Source: Perkinsela sp. CCAP 1560/9
Taxonomy: Eukaryota; Protista; Euglenozoa: Kinetoplastea
NCBI GenBank assembly: GCA_965644495.1
Contig: CBFFSA010000001.1
Coordinates: forward strand, 3,038,001 to 3,102,000
Reading direction: 5' to 3'
DNA: 64,000 nt
Shown: piece by piece, positions 37,836 through 50,265 of the stretch
Layout of the letters: each line of letters begins with the position of its first letter
Position numbering within the stretch: position 1 is the stretch's first letter
Program-made: the position numbers and the translations under genes
Notes under the pieces: model-generated
Databases searched by the model: none
What the model was told of the DNA's origin: nothing
Seen by the model: the letters and a program-made list of their open reading frames with translations, nothing else

Positions 37836-39178
37836 TAAACCCCGCGTCACCAATAAGTGACCCCCCCTTATTTTTAGCACAGGAGGTCGTGGGGGGTTAT
37901 CATAGCACGTTGTCGTTCAAAATTTTGAGATCTGTACGTTCCCGCTGTTTTTAGCTCATTTTAAAACTTTAAAATTCAGTCAAAAAAATTTTTTTTTTTC
38001 AACTTTTTTTTCAAAAATGCCAAAATCACCATATCGACTCCCAAGAGGGGGGCTGACTTCTAGTGGAAAGGTTCTTTTAAAGATGAGGCACGGACAAGGA
38101 GTACCAATAAAAGAGCTAGCCCGTGATTTCAACGTTTCTAGAAGGATAGTTAAAAAATATTTGAACGAAAAAAAAATTACCCCAGTATACACTTTGAGTC
38201 CTGAGCGAAAAAAAATAATGAAAACTCGTAAAACGAAAATTGAGAAGATAATAACCCCTCTTGACCCCGCTGGAGTACCGAGACTCAATTCATCAAGGCG
38301 CATAGCAGCCCAATTGAAGAAAAAGAATATATAAGTTTCAAAAAGAACTGTACAGAGAGACTTATCATCCCTGGATTGCAGTTATGCCGCTCGACCGCTA
38401 TGCCAAGGACTTACCAAACGACAAAAACTAAAAAGAGTTCAATTTGCGTTGAATTACAATATGGATACTTCCCGTGTCATCTTTACAGACGAAAAAATAT
38501 TTGATACGAATGATGGCAGAAGAAAAATGTGGGTAAGGCGCGGTCAAAAAGCAGCCCCGCGTCAAAAAGTACGTTGGGCACCAAGATGCCAAGTTTGGGG
38601 TGCTGTAGGAGTGGGGTGAAGGTACTTGGTAATTCTACAAAATGACACATCTATTACAAGTGAGACGTACATAGAAACATTAAAAGAGGTAGATTTCCCC
38701 CCTAATCGTATTTTTCAGCAAGATGGGGCAACGGCACACACTGCTCGTGCCTCAAAGGAGTACATTGAAAGCGCAATGAGTGAACTTCTGAAAAATTGGC
38801 CCCCCAACTCACCAGATCTTTCCCCAATAGAAAACGTCTGGTCTATGGTCCAAGGGGCGGTGGACGAACAGACCCCATCGGATAAGCCTTCACTCATCCG
38901 ATGTGTACGCAAAGCGTGGTCTCGCTTGTCTCAAAATGTGATCGACAAAACGGTCTTAAGCTTTGACTCACGCCTTAAGGAGTGTATAAGATTGAAAGTC
39001 GAAAAAGTGAAAAAATGGTAATTCCTCAATAAAATATACGTATTCGCTTCTTTTTGTTTCATTTCTTCACGCGCAAAGTCCTTGTGTTGAGATCTGCAAA
39101 ATGCAACAAAAATAAGCTCAAACGGACACTTACGGACGAAAAAAAAGTGGGGGGTCACTTTTCATGACGCGAGGTTTA
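37836..39178 (+). mobile_element. Tc1-like DD35E element, transposase 38017-39021 with in-frame stops
   Basis: TIRs taaaccccgcgtca / tgacgcgaggttta; FTDEK, FQQDGATAH, WPPNSPDLSPIE. Confidence 0.88.
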
Positions 39179-39182
39179 TATA

Positions 39183-40740
39183 CAGGGGTGAAAATCCCAT
39201 GGTGGGGGGGTCTAAAATTCGTAAAATTTGTCCAATTTTGGAAAATAATAGCGCGTTCGAGAGCTCTCGCAGAGTTGTATGTTTTAAGATAGGCAGTTTG
39301 CGGGGGTTAGGGGGGTACCCCCCTTTGATGGAAGGGTCAAAAACACGATTTGCAAATTTGAAAAACTGTAAAAAATGGTCAAAAATTACCCTTAATACCC
39401 ACAGGAAGACCCGTTTCGCTCAATAACGATGCGACAACGCTTGCGGAAACTGCTCATCGTGTTAATACATTCTTGCTTGCGTTCTGATTGTAATCTTTCG
39501 AACGCTGTCTCAATGGCCGATACTAATTCAGCCCGATTCTTGGGTCGAAGATCATTTTTGATGCTGTCCATGGTCCCCCAAAGGTTTTCAATGGTGTTTA
39601 AATCGGGGGATTTTGCAGGCCAAGAGAGTACATTAATACCTTCGTTACGAAAGGTTGTTCGCGCAGAATTATGAACAGGACAATTATCCATTGCAACGAC
39701 TCCAGATGGGTGGCGCCTCAAATAATTTAAAAGTCCTTTGCGCTTCTTCATGGCGTCATTGAAAGCATCCCCTGTTACAGTTACTTTTCGGCCGGAAGGG
39801 TCGTGGGAGGGAAAAATGTGTAGACGAAATCCATGATTTAAACTGACCCCCATCCACACCATGACGCCGTTCCCTCCATACCAAGGTTCTAGCTCTCCCT
39901 GCTGTTCCTTGGCGGGGTCAGTCTTCCGGCAAAGGTAAGTAATTTTGTTTCGTCCCCTACCGCAAGTGAACTTCTTCTCATCGCAGAAAACAATTTGTCT
40001 CAGTTGGGTATCTGACCAAGTGAGCATCTCAGAACAAAAATGCACTCGTTTCCTCTTGTGTTCATCGGTCAGTGCGGGCTTTCTTTTTAAAGTTCGCATG
40101 ATCATACCATGGCTCTTCATGGCGTTAACCAAAGTTGGTCTTGAACACTGAAATCCAAGAAAAAGCACAACTCTATGGAGTGCACACCAGTTCTCAATCC
40201 CGTACGGGAGGTCACGGTATCCCTCATCAATGAGGCGGATAGCTGCTTCGTGCAGCGCAGGGGTACTGACAGGAGATGGGCGTGAAATAGGAGAGCTTTC
40301 CACGTCTCCAGTGTTCTCATAGCGTATCACAAGACGTTTTACTGTATTTTCGTGGACGCCGAAGTTTTGGGCTGTCCGAGAATAGGACCCTGTCTCAAGA
40401 TAATCTGAGACAAGAAGCATACGGTGACTTGGTATCACCCGTGCGGGGGAGGAATAGGACCTGTCGCTGAGTACACCACGTGAGGTTCGGGAACGAATCC
40501 GTTTCTGGGGCATATAGTGCTAATATTGACTGAAAAACAGCTAAAAACTGAAAAAACGTAAATTTGGGCAAGAAAAAAAATCACGATTTTTTTGGTCTCA
40601 TCGTTTCATGTTGAGTCACAGGCCGCAAATAGTGCTAAAATATACAACTCTGCGAGAGCTCTCGAATGCGCTATTACTTTCCAAAATTGGATAATTTTTA
40701 CGAATTTTAGCCCCCCCCCACCACGAGGTTTTCACCCCTG
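39183..40740 (-). mobile_element. Full-length Tc1-like element, ~100-bp TIRs, TA flanks
   Basis: caggggtgaaaa...ttttcacccctg. Confidence 0.92.
39392..40513 (-). CDS. Intact Tc1/mariner transposase, DD32E spacing
   Basis: HTH N-terminus; FCDEK, MDNCPVH, WPAKSPDLNTIE. Confidence 0.92.
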   Translation of the reverse strand: MPQKRIRSRTSRGVLSDRSYSSPARVIPSHRMLLVSDYLETGSYSRTAQNFGVHENTVKRLVIRYENTGDVESSPISRPSPVSTPALHEAAIRLIDEGYRDLPYGIENWCALHRVVLFLGFQCSRPTLVNAMKSHGMIMRTLKRKPALTDEHKRKRVHFCSEMLTWSDTQLRQIVFCDEKKFTCGRGRNKITYLCRKTDPAKEQQGELEPWYGGNGVMVWMGVSLNHGFRLHIFPSHDPSGRKVTVTGDAFNDAMKKRKGLLNYLRRHPSGVVAMDNCPVHNSARTTFRNEGINVLSWPAKSPDLNTIENLWGTMDSIKNDLRPKNRAELVSAIETAFERLQSERKQECINTMSSFRKRCRIVIERNGSSCGY

Positions 40741-41822
40741 TATATATATATATATGTGTGTGTGTGTGTGAGGGGGGAATATTAATAGGAAGTAAAGCAT
40801 ATTCTCAACACGATTGGGGTCACCCGCATTGGGAAGTGCTCCGCCCATGGGAAAAATCAGAAGACGTATAATAAATTAACAAGGAGTGAACTGAAGTCTA
40901 AGGCGGCATAAATAAGTGCAGCATAAATATTTTGCTTTTTGAACACGAAAAAGAAGCATCGGAAATATTTATAAACTACTTTTCCAGATGCACTTGATAA
41001 CATTGAAGAATTGGGAGCACAACGATTATCAATTTAATATACCGTCAAAGTATTTACCAGCAAAATAAAATCATTGGAATAAACTTTTTGTTGTAAAAAT
41101 TGGCTGAATGATAATTTACAAAATTTACTTTTCAGCGAATCGCATCGTGTTATTGATATTGATTAGGGATTTGGTTTTTATTATTTTCAATTAGCGGACA
41201 CCCGCCTTCCTCCACTCTTTTACCGCGGAGGATAGTATCGCGGCGTTGCCTTTTTGAACAGCCACATTAATGGCTTGTAGTGCATGACGCAGGAAACCTT
41301 TCCTGTCATACGTATACCTTGCGATCTCCTTTAGGAGGAGTACGGTGCGCTTCCCTGCCACACCAAAAACGGTAAATGCAAGGGGGTAGAAATGCATACC
41401 CCTTTTCGTGGCCATGTCACTGTGCGCTTTTACTTTCAAGCTTTCCACCCTTTCTAGAGTGTTGCCAGGCGCTACCCATTCGGCCTTAACATAAGAAGGG
41501 ACGAGGGGGTTAACGACGGTCACGTCCACCAGACATACAGTCAGCAAAAAAACCGTTCGAATGTTTCGGTTTTTTTTTCTTTTGTATAGAGCTATTGATT
41601 AAATATCACCGTTGCGCTGGTAATGTGTGCTAGTAGTGTAGGCATGAGTGTCACCTAATAGTACCCGTAGATAGTTCACCTCAGTTCGTTCTACCAAAGA
41701 AATAAGAATGAATATAAAAAAGTTTAGCATTCGAAAGGTTTTTTTGCTACCTATTATAGAGAAAATCTTGTCCCAAAAAATAGATGAAACGTAATCGCCC
41801 AAGAGAGATTATGCCCCTAAAA

Positions 41823-42833
41823 TTAGTATTTAGTATTCCCCCCACGAGCCTTCAGCACTGCCTTCATACGGGCAGGCATACTGTCCACCTGGGCACGACA
41901 TACTGAGGGTGGTATGTTCGCCCATTCCATTTTTACCCTCTCCCACAACTCTCGGACCCCGCTTGGTGGATCATCGTGCGCTGCAAGGCGCCGCTTGAGT
42001 TCCCCCCAAACGTTTTCGATTGGATTTAAGTCAGGGGACTGCGTGGGCCACCGCATGACTTCAAACCCGGTACCCCGGAGGTGCCGTTGCGCACAATGGC
42101 TTGTGTGCTTGGGGTCATTATCTTGTTGGAAGATGACCATTGGGGGGTCTAGACCCATAGTTTCGATGGAGGGGGCAAGATTCTCTTCAAGAATCTCGAC
42201 GTACTGTGTGGCGTTCAGGTTCCCTTGAACTAGACGCACATGCCCCACACCGCTTCGGGACATGCACGCCCAAATCATGATGTGCCCCCCTCCGTACTTT
42301 ACCGTGGGAATTACCCCTTTTTCACCCAGTTCCTCCCCCGGGGTCCCCCATGTCCAAAGACTTCCCCCCGTTTCAAAGCGCGAGATCTTCGTCTCGTCCG
42401 ACCATACAACTGGAGCCCAGTCGTGCACTGTCCAGTGCTCATGGGCCGTGGCAAAGTCCATCCGAAGCTTGCGATGGCGCTTGGACAGGTAGGGCTTGCG
42501 GACACGCTTTCTACCTTTGTGTCCGAAGCGGTGCATCGAAACTCGGATAGACTGAGGAACAACATCAGCAACGCCCTCGCGGCGCAGCTGAGATGATACC
42601 TCTCGCGCAGAATTTCCGGAGAACACAAGTCGTCGCACACGGCGTGTGCACGGCTCGGAAAGCTTTCGAGGGCGTCCACCCTGCATCCTGAGAGTATCAG
42701 GCCTTTCCTTTTTTAAGATCATAGAAATTGTTGAGATACTTAAATTTACAGTATCAGAGATGGACCTCATAGACACACCGCTGTCGTAGAGCTCTGCAAT
42801 TTGTTTCTTTACGTAACGTGGTGTGGGCCTCAT
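41823..42833 (-). CDS. Tc1 transposase DD34E, left arm
   Basis: GRPRKL, WSDETK, FQQDNDPKH, WPTQSPDLNPIE. Confidence 0.93.
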   Translation of the reverse strand: MRPTPRYVKKQIAELYDSGVSMRSISDTVNLSISTISMILKKERPDTLRMQGGRPRKLSEPCTRRVRRLVFSGNSAREVSSQLRREGVADVVPQSIRVSMHRFGHKGRKRVRKPYLSKRHRKLRMDFATAHEHWTVHDWAPVVWSDETKISRFETGGSLWTWGTPGEELGEKGVIPTVKYGGGHIMIWACMSRSGVGHVRLVQGNLNATQYVEILEENLAPSIETMGLDPPMVIFQQDNDPKHTSHCAQRHLRGTGFEVMRWPTQSPDLNPIENVWGELKRRLAAHDDPPSGVRELWERVKMEWANIPPSVCRAQVDSMPARMKAVLKARGGNTKY

Positions 42834-42930
42834 ATAGAGTGCAAAATGTAACAGTGTAAGATAAACAATGTAATAGTATAAGATAAACTCTATAACCGAA
42901 AATTCTTCTTACCTAAAATTCTTATTTTCT

Positions 42931-43941
42931 ATGACGCCCACACCACGTTACGTAAAGAAACAAATTGCAGAGCTCTACGACAGCGGTGTGTCTATGAGGT
43001 CCATCTCTGATACTGTAAATTTAAGTATCTCAACAATTTCTATGATCTTAAAAAAGGAAAGGCCTGATACTCTCAGGATGCAGGGTGGACGCCCTCGAAA
43101 GCTTTCCGAGCCGTGCACACGCCGTGTGCGACGACTTGTGTTCTCCGGAAATTCTGCGCGAGAGGTATCATCTCAGCTGCGCCGCGAGGGCGTTGCTGAT
43201 GTTGTTCCTCAGTCTATCCGAGTTTCGATGCACCGCTTCGGACACAAAGGTAGAAAGCGTGTCCGCAAGCCCTACCTGTCCAAGCGCCATCGCAAGCTTC
43301 GGATGGACTTTGCCACGGCCCATGAGCACTGGACAGTGCACGACTGGGCTCCAGTTGTATGGTCGGACGAGACGAAGATCTCGCGCTTTGAAACGGGGGG
43401 AAGTCCTTGGACATGGGGGACCCCGGGGGAGGAACTGGGTGAAAAAGGGGTAATTCCCACGGTAAAGTACGGAGGGGGGCACATCATGATTTGGGCGTGC
43501 ATGTCCCGAAGCGGTGTGGGGCATGTGCGTCTAGTTCAAGGGAACCTGAACGCCACACAGTACGTCGAGATTCTTGAAGAGAATCTTGCCCCCTCCATCG
43601 AAACTATGGGTCTAGACCCCCCAATGGTCATCTTCCAACAAGATAATGACCCCAAGCACACAAGCCATTGTGCGCAACGGCACCTCCGGGGTACCGGGTT
43701 TGAAGTCATGCGGTGGCCCCCGCAGTCCCCTGACTTAAATCCAATCGAAAACGTTTGGGGGGAACTCAAGCGGCGCCTTGCAGCGCACGATGATCCACCA
43801 AGCGGGGTCCGAGAGTTGTGGGAGAGGGTAAAAATGGAATGGGCGAACATACCACCCTCAGTATGTCGTGCCCAGGTGGACAGTATGCCTGCCCGTATGA
43901 AGGCAGTGCTGAAGGCTCGTGGGGGGAATACTAAATACTAA
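42931..43941 (+). CDS. Tc1 transposase DD34E, right arm
   Basis: Same protein with 3 aa differences; WPPQSPDLNPIE. Confidence 0.93.
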   Translation: MTPTPRYVKKQIAELYDSGVSMRSISDTVNLSISTISMILKKERPDTLRMQGGRPRKLSEPCTRRVRRLVFSGNSAREVSSQLRREGVADVVPQSIRVSMHRFGHKGRKRVRKPYLSKRHRKLRMDFATAHEHWTVHDWAPVVWSDETKISRFETGGSPWTWGTPGEELGEKGVIPTVKYGGGHIMIWACMSRSGVGHVRLVQGNLNATQYVEILEENLAPSIETMGLDPPMVIFQQDNDPKHTSHCAQRHLRGTGFEVMRWPPQSPDLNPIENVWGELKRRLAAHDDPPSGVRELWERVKMEWANIPPSVCRAQVDSMPARMKAVLKARGGNTKY

Positions 43942-46900
43942 TTTTAGGGGCATAATCTCTCTTGGGCGATTACGTTTCATCTATTTTTTGGGACAAGATT
44001 TTCTCTATAATAGGTAGCAAAAAAACCTTTCGAATGCTAAACTTTTTTATATTCATTCTTATTTCTTTGGTAGAACGAACTGAGGTGAACTATCTACGGG
44101 TACTATTAGGTGACACTCATGCCTACACTACTAGCACACATTACCAGCGCAACGGTGATATTTAATCAATAGCTCTATACAAAAGAAAAAAAAACCGAAA
44201 CATTCGAACGGTTTTTTTGCTGACTGTATCTTCCCTCCCAGCATAAAGCAGACGTCGGGGCCCTGACCAGCAGAGAATCGGGGTTCATGATTGTCAGGAG
44301 TGAATCCGTACTGTCGTAGCAAGTGCACGAAGGCATTCTTAACAAGTTTGTGGCGAGTGGCCGCAGTGTCGCCTTTGTTAAACAAAATCTTTGTTTGAGA
44401 GGATGTCTCCGCACTCACATTGTGCGAAAGGGTCCGAAGTAGGTGCTATCAAGTATCGCATGCGCATGGCTGTTTGCCATTCTGCGTCGCGCATGAAGTA
44501 CTCACCCCGATTCCTACGCGCCTCTGTCCATTTGCGCTTTCTCTTGTCCATCAACTGAAGTGAATGGACGTCATGTAGTTCGCTGGTTTCTTTACGCACT
44601 GCTGACTTCGACTCTTCATATCTTGTCAAGGCAGAACGTCGTCTTTCCATACACCCTAATACCTCAGCTTTTGTGCGAGAATACAGAGTTGCCGCTTGCT
44701 GCGCAAAAGGTTTCGCCCCCAAAAGGTCGCCCGTCATGAGAGTACTGTGAAACGGGTTCTTTTCCAGGTCTTCGAAGCCTCCTAGCAGCTCTGAGGCACA
44801 CTCCTGTATGGCCTTGTCCGCTAACACGTTGGCTTTTGCCGTTACCTCCGGCTCATGACACCGCATTAGGTAGTCCCACCGGGGGACTCCACATCTCTTC
44901 AGCAAAATGTAAGCACTTTGTAACGAGAGATGTTGCAGCCGATCCAGGAATGTCTGCAATTTAGGCATTTGGTTGACTACCCATCTGGTTTCATCCGCGC
45001 CTTCCTTGGAGACGAATGCACCTAAGAGCTTTTGTCCTTGCTCCGCATGCTCTATGTTCATACCTCTGAAAGGAGCGTACTGGTCATTGAAATGCGTCGA
45101 AAGCTTACATTTGGCCGGATGTACCTCGAGTCCTATTCCCGAAGCGTGATCACAGAGAGCGCCAAACGCCTGTGCGACACGTTCTGCCGGGCCGATGATT
45201 GAAAGGTCGTCTAGGTAAGCCCAAAGCGTCAGATCACTGAACTCATCCTTCAATTTTCCAAGAATTTGGTGCAAGCCGAGAGAAAACAGTAACGGTCCTA
45301 ATGGGTCGCCTTGTCGGACTCCCCTCAGAACCTTAGTCGGCGAACACGACGAGTTAAATATCGTAGTTGGAGCCCCATATACATATGAGGTCACCCCGTA
45401 TAGCTCGTGAAATTCATCATTTCCCCTTAGATACTGAAACACCGCGCTTCTTTCAATTGAATTGAAGGCGTTACGGATGTCTACTGTCAAGAGCACAAAG
45501 TCCGCTTTTTGACGAAACGCGTTTCTTGCCCTTAATATTATTTTAGGTCCTCCGTTTCTTGTTCCAACACCAAATTGTGTATCTTGGAAAAGTCTGCCCG
45601 TTGCTTCTGCTACCCTGTCCATGGCGATTTGGCTAGCCAATTTAAGAAAGATTTCCCCCATTGCTATAGGTCGGCAGGCTGGGGATCCTTCTACGGAAGG
45701 GCCCTCCTTGCGCAGCAAGATCAGAGTGGAGCTGGTTAAGACGTCCCTTAGCTGAGCGTCTCGGGAGTTTCGCAGCACTGCTGTAGCTATCCAAGTAACG
45801 CAGGCCACGATATCCTGGTCCTCTAGGAGCGGTATAAGAAGTTCGCGTGTCCAGCCTGATGGGCCCGGCGCGGATCCTTTGGCGAGCTTTCTAGCCCTGT
45901 CAGTTAAGGTTTGCTTTTCGATGTCCATAGATTTTGCCGGGAAATGTTAATAAACCCGAAAGGCCTTTGGGTGAAGTCGATCTATGGCCTTAGCGATCTC
46001 TTCAGTAGATAGTGGTTGTCGTTCCTTCGCCTCTAGCGCTTTTGCCGCTTTCCCGATCGCACCAAGTTTAAGCAGTGCCTCTGCTCGGCCTACCGGGTTA
46101 AACTTTGCCACACTTTTGGTTGCAAGCGAAGGGGTAAATTTTGGTTCTTGCTCGGCCATCCGCTTTCGTAGTTCATACGCCAGTTGCCGATGAGTCAGTT
46201 GACTTTCGGGCAGGAATAAGAACTGCTTCACTGCGCATAATAGGTTCCACGACATCTTTGCTTTTGTGTCTGTGTGTTGTACTTCAAAGTCTCTGCATAT
46301 TCCACCGCATAATTCCTTCCAGCACGGTAATTGCAGGTGATATAATTTACGCAGACTAGGTCGCGTAATCAGTTTTGTGTATGTTTCCCGCAGGCTTTGT
46401 ATTTCGTGGAGTTGACGAGGCGGAAGATTTGTCGTATTACACAGTTTCTGTGAGATATGCGATCCCGATTGAACCTCTTTGGTTGAACAATCTTCGAATA
46501 TTCCTCCAGCCATCTTCTCCAGTATGGTCCCACGTGGGACTGCTTCTGAGGCCCCAGATATGCAAGGGCTTCCAGGGTGAATTTCTTCCAGATTCAACAC
46601 ATCTTTAACTCTTGTTTTGCTTCCCTTGGGCCGGCCGCGTGGGCGCTCCGGGCCTGGGTTTTCCTCTATCGTCGAGCCTGCTTGGATCTGAAGTGACCCG
46701 AGATCCAACGAACCTGAAGGTGTGAACTTTCTTCCGGGGGGTCGGCCCCTCTTCTTACCCGGTCCGGGGTTGCTTTCAATGCAGCCCCGGATCAGCTGGG
46801 TGCGTACTTGCGCTTTGGACCAACCAGAGTTGGCGATGACGTTTTTAGTTGACCGGAAACACCACACTGCCCGTGGGCCGGGGTTGCTCTCAATACCCCC

Positions 46901-47701
46901 TCTTATTAACCATGTATGAACTTGGTCTTTGGACCAGCCAGTTTCTGATGACAGAACTTCCGGTGGCCTAAAGCACCACCATGAAACCCCGCTCGCATCC
47001 TTAATCTGTTCCCAGGATTTTGACAAAGAAAGTTCAATGCCTAGAAAGTGGCAGATAGCAACAGGGTACTCAACCGGCGCTACACCCTCAGGTATACGGA
47101 TTGGGTGATCTTCAATTTGACAATAAATTGGGATTTCGTTGCCTGACTTTTCTCCTGGTGGGGCCTTGATAGTAGCCCCGTACACGCATTCCGTCGTCGG
47201 GGGACCGATAATCCCAGAGAGAGGTAACTCTTCATATGAGGTGGGATCCACGATTTGACTACTTATATACTCCCCCCTTCATTAATGTAAGCTTTGCGTT
47301 AGTAATTTAAATTGTGTATACAGGGGGGGCCACGAAAACTGACAAAGTCTGCATTTTAGCGTCCTGAGGCCGTTTGAGCTGATTTTTGTTGCAAACGAGA
47401 GATCTCGTTCTGAATATCGTGTCTACGCTATTTGGAGCCCGTTTCTGCTAATCAAAAAAAAGAATTTACAAAAAATTGAAATTTTGGGCAAAATATTTTG
47501 CAAAAAGTATCGAAAAACGTAAAAAAGGCTATTTTTTCTTCTTTTTACCTTACTATGGGCAAACGGAATAGACTAAACCGTCGCCAGCTATCACCAGAAC
47601 ATGTTCATATCCTGTGCGCATTGTCTGCGCACACGAAAGACAGGACAGGGAAAGGAGCAAGTAATCCCCAGTCGTAAGTTTCGGTTTGTTTTATATACAT
47701 A

Positions 47702-48496
47702 CAGGGGTGCAAATCAGATGCTGGGGGGGGGTCTAAAATTAGCAATGTTCGCGCAATTTTGGAAAAATTATAGCGCATTCGAGAGCTCTCGCAGAGATCT
47801 ATGTTTTGGCGCTATTATCACATTAAAAGAAAACAAATTTGAAAAAGATATTTTTTTAAAGGGTTTTTAACCCCCTAAAAGTTGCAGATTTTTCAATTTT
47901 TGCAGTTTTTTCCAATTTTTGCAATTTTTGCAGTGTTTTTTTGTTTCTCAGCTCACTATTATGCCGCAAAAGCGATCCCGCTCTAAATAAAACAGTAAAA
48001 GCTTATCTGATAGATCACGTGAACCCCCGGGGCACACAAAATATTCACACAGGATGCTTCTCGTAAAAACATTACGAGAATACAAGCTCCTACAGTGCCA
48101 CTTGCCAAAGACAAGGCGTCCACGACAGCATGTTAAGTTGTGGGTTAAGCGATTTGAGGAAACCGGGGATGTTCTATTGAAAAGGCGGTTGATTACATTA
48201 AAACAGATGGTCATGACATGCTCATAAACACTTTGAACAGCATGCCGCGGCGTTTCGACATAGTAATAGAAAAAAAAGGGGAAACTTGTAATTATTGAAC
48301 GTACAAAAATTTTCATTCATTTTTTGCATTTTGACGTTTTTGGGCTTCTCCTCAGTTGACCACCCCCTTACACCCCGGGAAACCGCCTATCCAAATACAT
48401 AGATCTCTGCGAGAGCTCTCGAATACGCTATTATTTTCCAAAATTGCGCAAACATTGCTAATTTTAGACCCCTCCAGCATCTGATTTGCACCCCTG
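47702..48496. mobile_element. Non-autonomous Tc1-family element
   Basis: ~100-bp TIRs caggggtgcaaatcagatgctgg, TA flanks, gagagctctcgcagag subterminal motif. Confidence 0.85.
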
Positions 48497-49518
48497 TATG
48501 CGTTGTGTATGATCCGGATCAAAATGGTTTCGTTATTTACATACGGTTACGCGGTACAAAAGTATATATCATTGGACCTGTGTATAGAGCTAAATAGAAT
48601 TCGATATGGTTTTTGTTCTATGATATTACATTCTTGAATTTCAATATTACAATTCAAAATTATTTCTATAAATGCCTTACCGAAGCTTTAGAAAAAAAAT
48701 TATAGATTTGTGAAAATTTATATTTTTGCTCGGAGGTCAACTTTTGCGACAGTTCTTTTCGGAACTATACCTATCTTGGATCAAGACGAGGACGAAGCTC
48801 ATGAAACTTCGCTCCGCAAAGTGCTGATCAACCTTTTGCACTCTGAAATTATAACCAGTGCACATTTTTTTCGTCCACAGCAGCGGTTTTATTTGTATAT
48901 TTGTCGTATCTAAGTTTTTCTGTGGTTTTGATTAGTGTCGTGCAAATCCTCTTTAGGTACTAGTATACCATTTTCTTTCTTTAGGTACCATTTTCTTATT
49001 TGCTGTACTTCAAGCTTGAAAGTAAATTGATTGCACGAAGTAATTTGGCGGGGGTGTAAGCACACTTGCGCAGTGCGTGAGGAGCAAAGAATTCCGACGG
49101 AAGCAGAAATTTTCGAAACCAATTCGACACTCTTTAAATGTCAATGCGTTCGTAATTTGAACGTGTAAAGGGGCACACACGCTACTCCGTAGTTATGAGG
49201 AGCTACAAAGGTTCTGTACGACCGAAAGGAGCGAGTACTGGGGAAATTTTAGTCGCATTAGAAAAGAACCATCGAGTCATGCGCCAGTGGGAAAAGGCTT
49301 TAGTCAATGAAATATGAAAAAAGCTGATTGCAGTTGTATGTGAACACCCGTTTTTTTTGGAATAGCGGTCGATGCAGGTGTTGACAGCGTATTGAATGAG
49401 CATGTTCTAGTGGGGATTGTTTACGTGCCTGACCAGCAGTACCTTCTCCCGCCTCTGTATCACCCAAAGCGCAAAGCTTTCAATGGAAAGGAAACAGCCG
49501 AATGCCTGTTAGATACGT

Positions 49519-49812
49519 TAGACGGTTGTCTTCGAAGCAGTGTAATCCGGAACATTCATCCCAGAATTTTTATCAAACTTTTGCACAAGGAAGACGGTTG
49601 TCTTCAGCGCACAACCCTTAACATTTTTTCCTGAACTTTGAACATGTCGTGAAGAAGACGGTTGTCTTTGATACAGCGTAATCCATAACATGCATCGCGG
49701 TATTTATTCGAACCTTTACATAAAGAAGACGGTTGTCTTCGACGCAAGGTAACCCGTAACATTTTCTATCTGAACTTTTGAATATGAAGACAGTTGTCTT
49801 CGCAACAGCGTA
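49519..49812 (+). repeat. Dispersed short direct repeats gac(g/a)gttgtctt
   Basis: Five spaced copies with related flanks. Confidence 0.7.
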
Positions 49813-50265
49813 ATCCATTGTATCTTCAACGCTCTCCATTGTATGCGTATAATTTTCCAAGTTTTATTGATGTCTAACGAACATAAATGCTACACTTTTT
49901 CCCTACACCAAAGCTGTATAAATTATACCATTGTACACTTTAAATATTCTGTTGATAACGGTATCACGTAACATGTAGGACATTAATGTGGGGACGTTAC
50001 GTAGGAGGGTGTGAAGTCATTTCATCAGACGATGAAGATGGTATGCGCGTAACGACATAGTAACTCTTCCAGTACTATTAGAACTACATAGCAACTAGAA
50101 GTACCTTGTAGGTGGAAAAAAATCGTATTTTCCCAAGACTGTTTTGGACCACAAAAATTCCTCTCCGATTTCATTCTACCTTTCGACGTCGAAAAGGCCA
50201 CGAATTCGACGTCGAAACACGTTCTACGCCGTAGAATGGCAATTTTCGACGTCTAATGAGAGCTA

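Larger units (their letters stand above)
41538..44226. mobile_element. Palindromic Tc1 element with two divergent DD34E transposases
   Basis: ~1.29-kb near-perfect inverted arms, 97-bp spacer, TA on both sides, CAGT termini. Confidence 0.93.
41191..47251 (-). mobile_element. CRE-like RLE retrotransposon with three 2A-like motifs; frameshifted, 5'-truncated, split by a Tc1 palindrome
   Basis: 45947-47251 (NPGP x3, AT-hooks); 44378-45928 RT (APGPSGW, RPIAMGE, QFGVG, DIRNAFN, GVRQGDPLGP, YLDD); RLE pieces 44229-44377 and 41191-41535. Confidence 0.9.
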
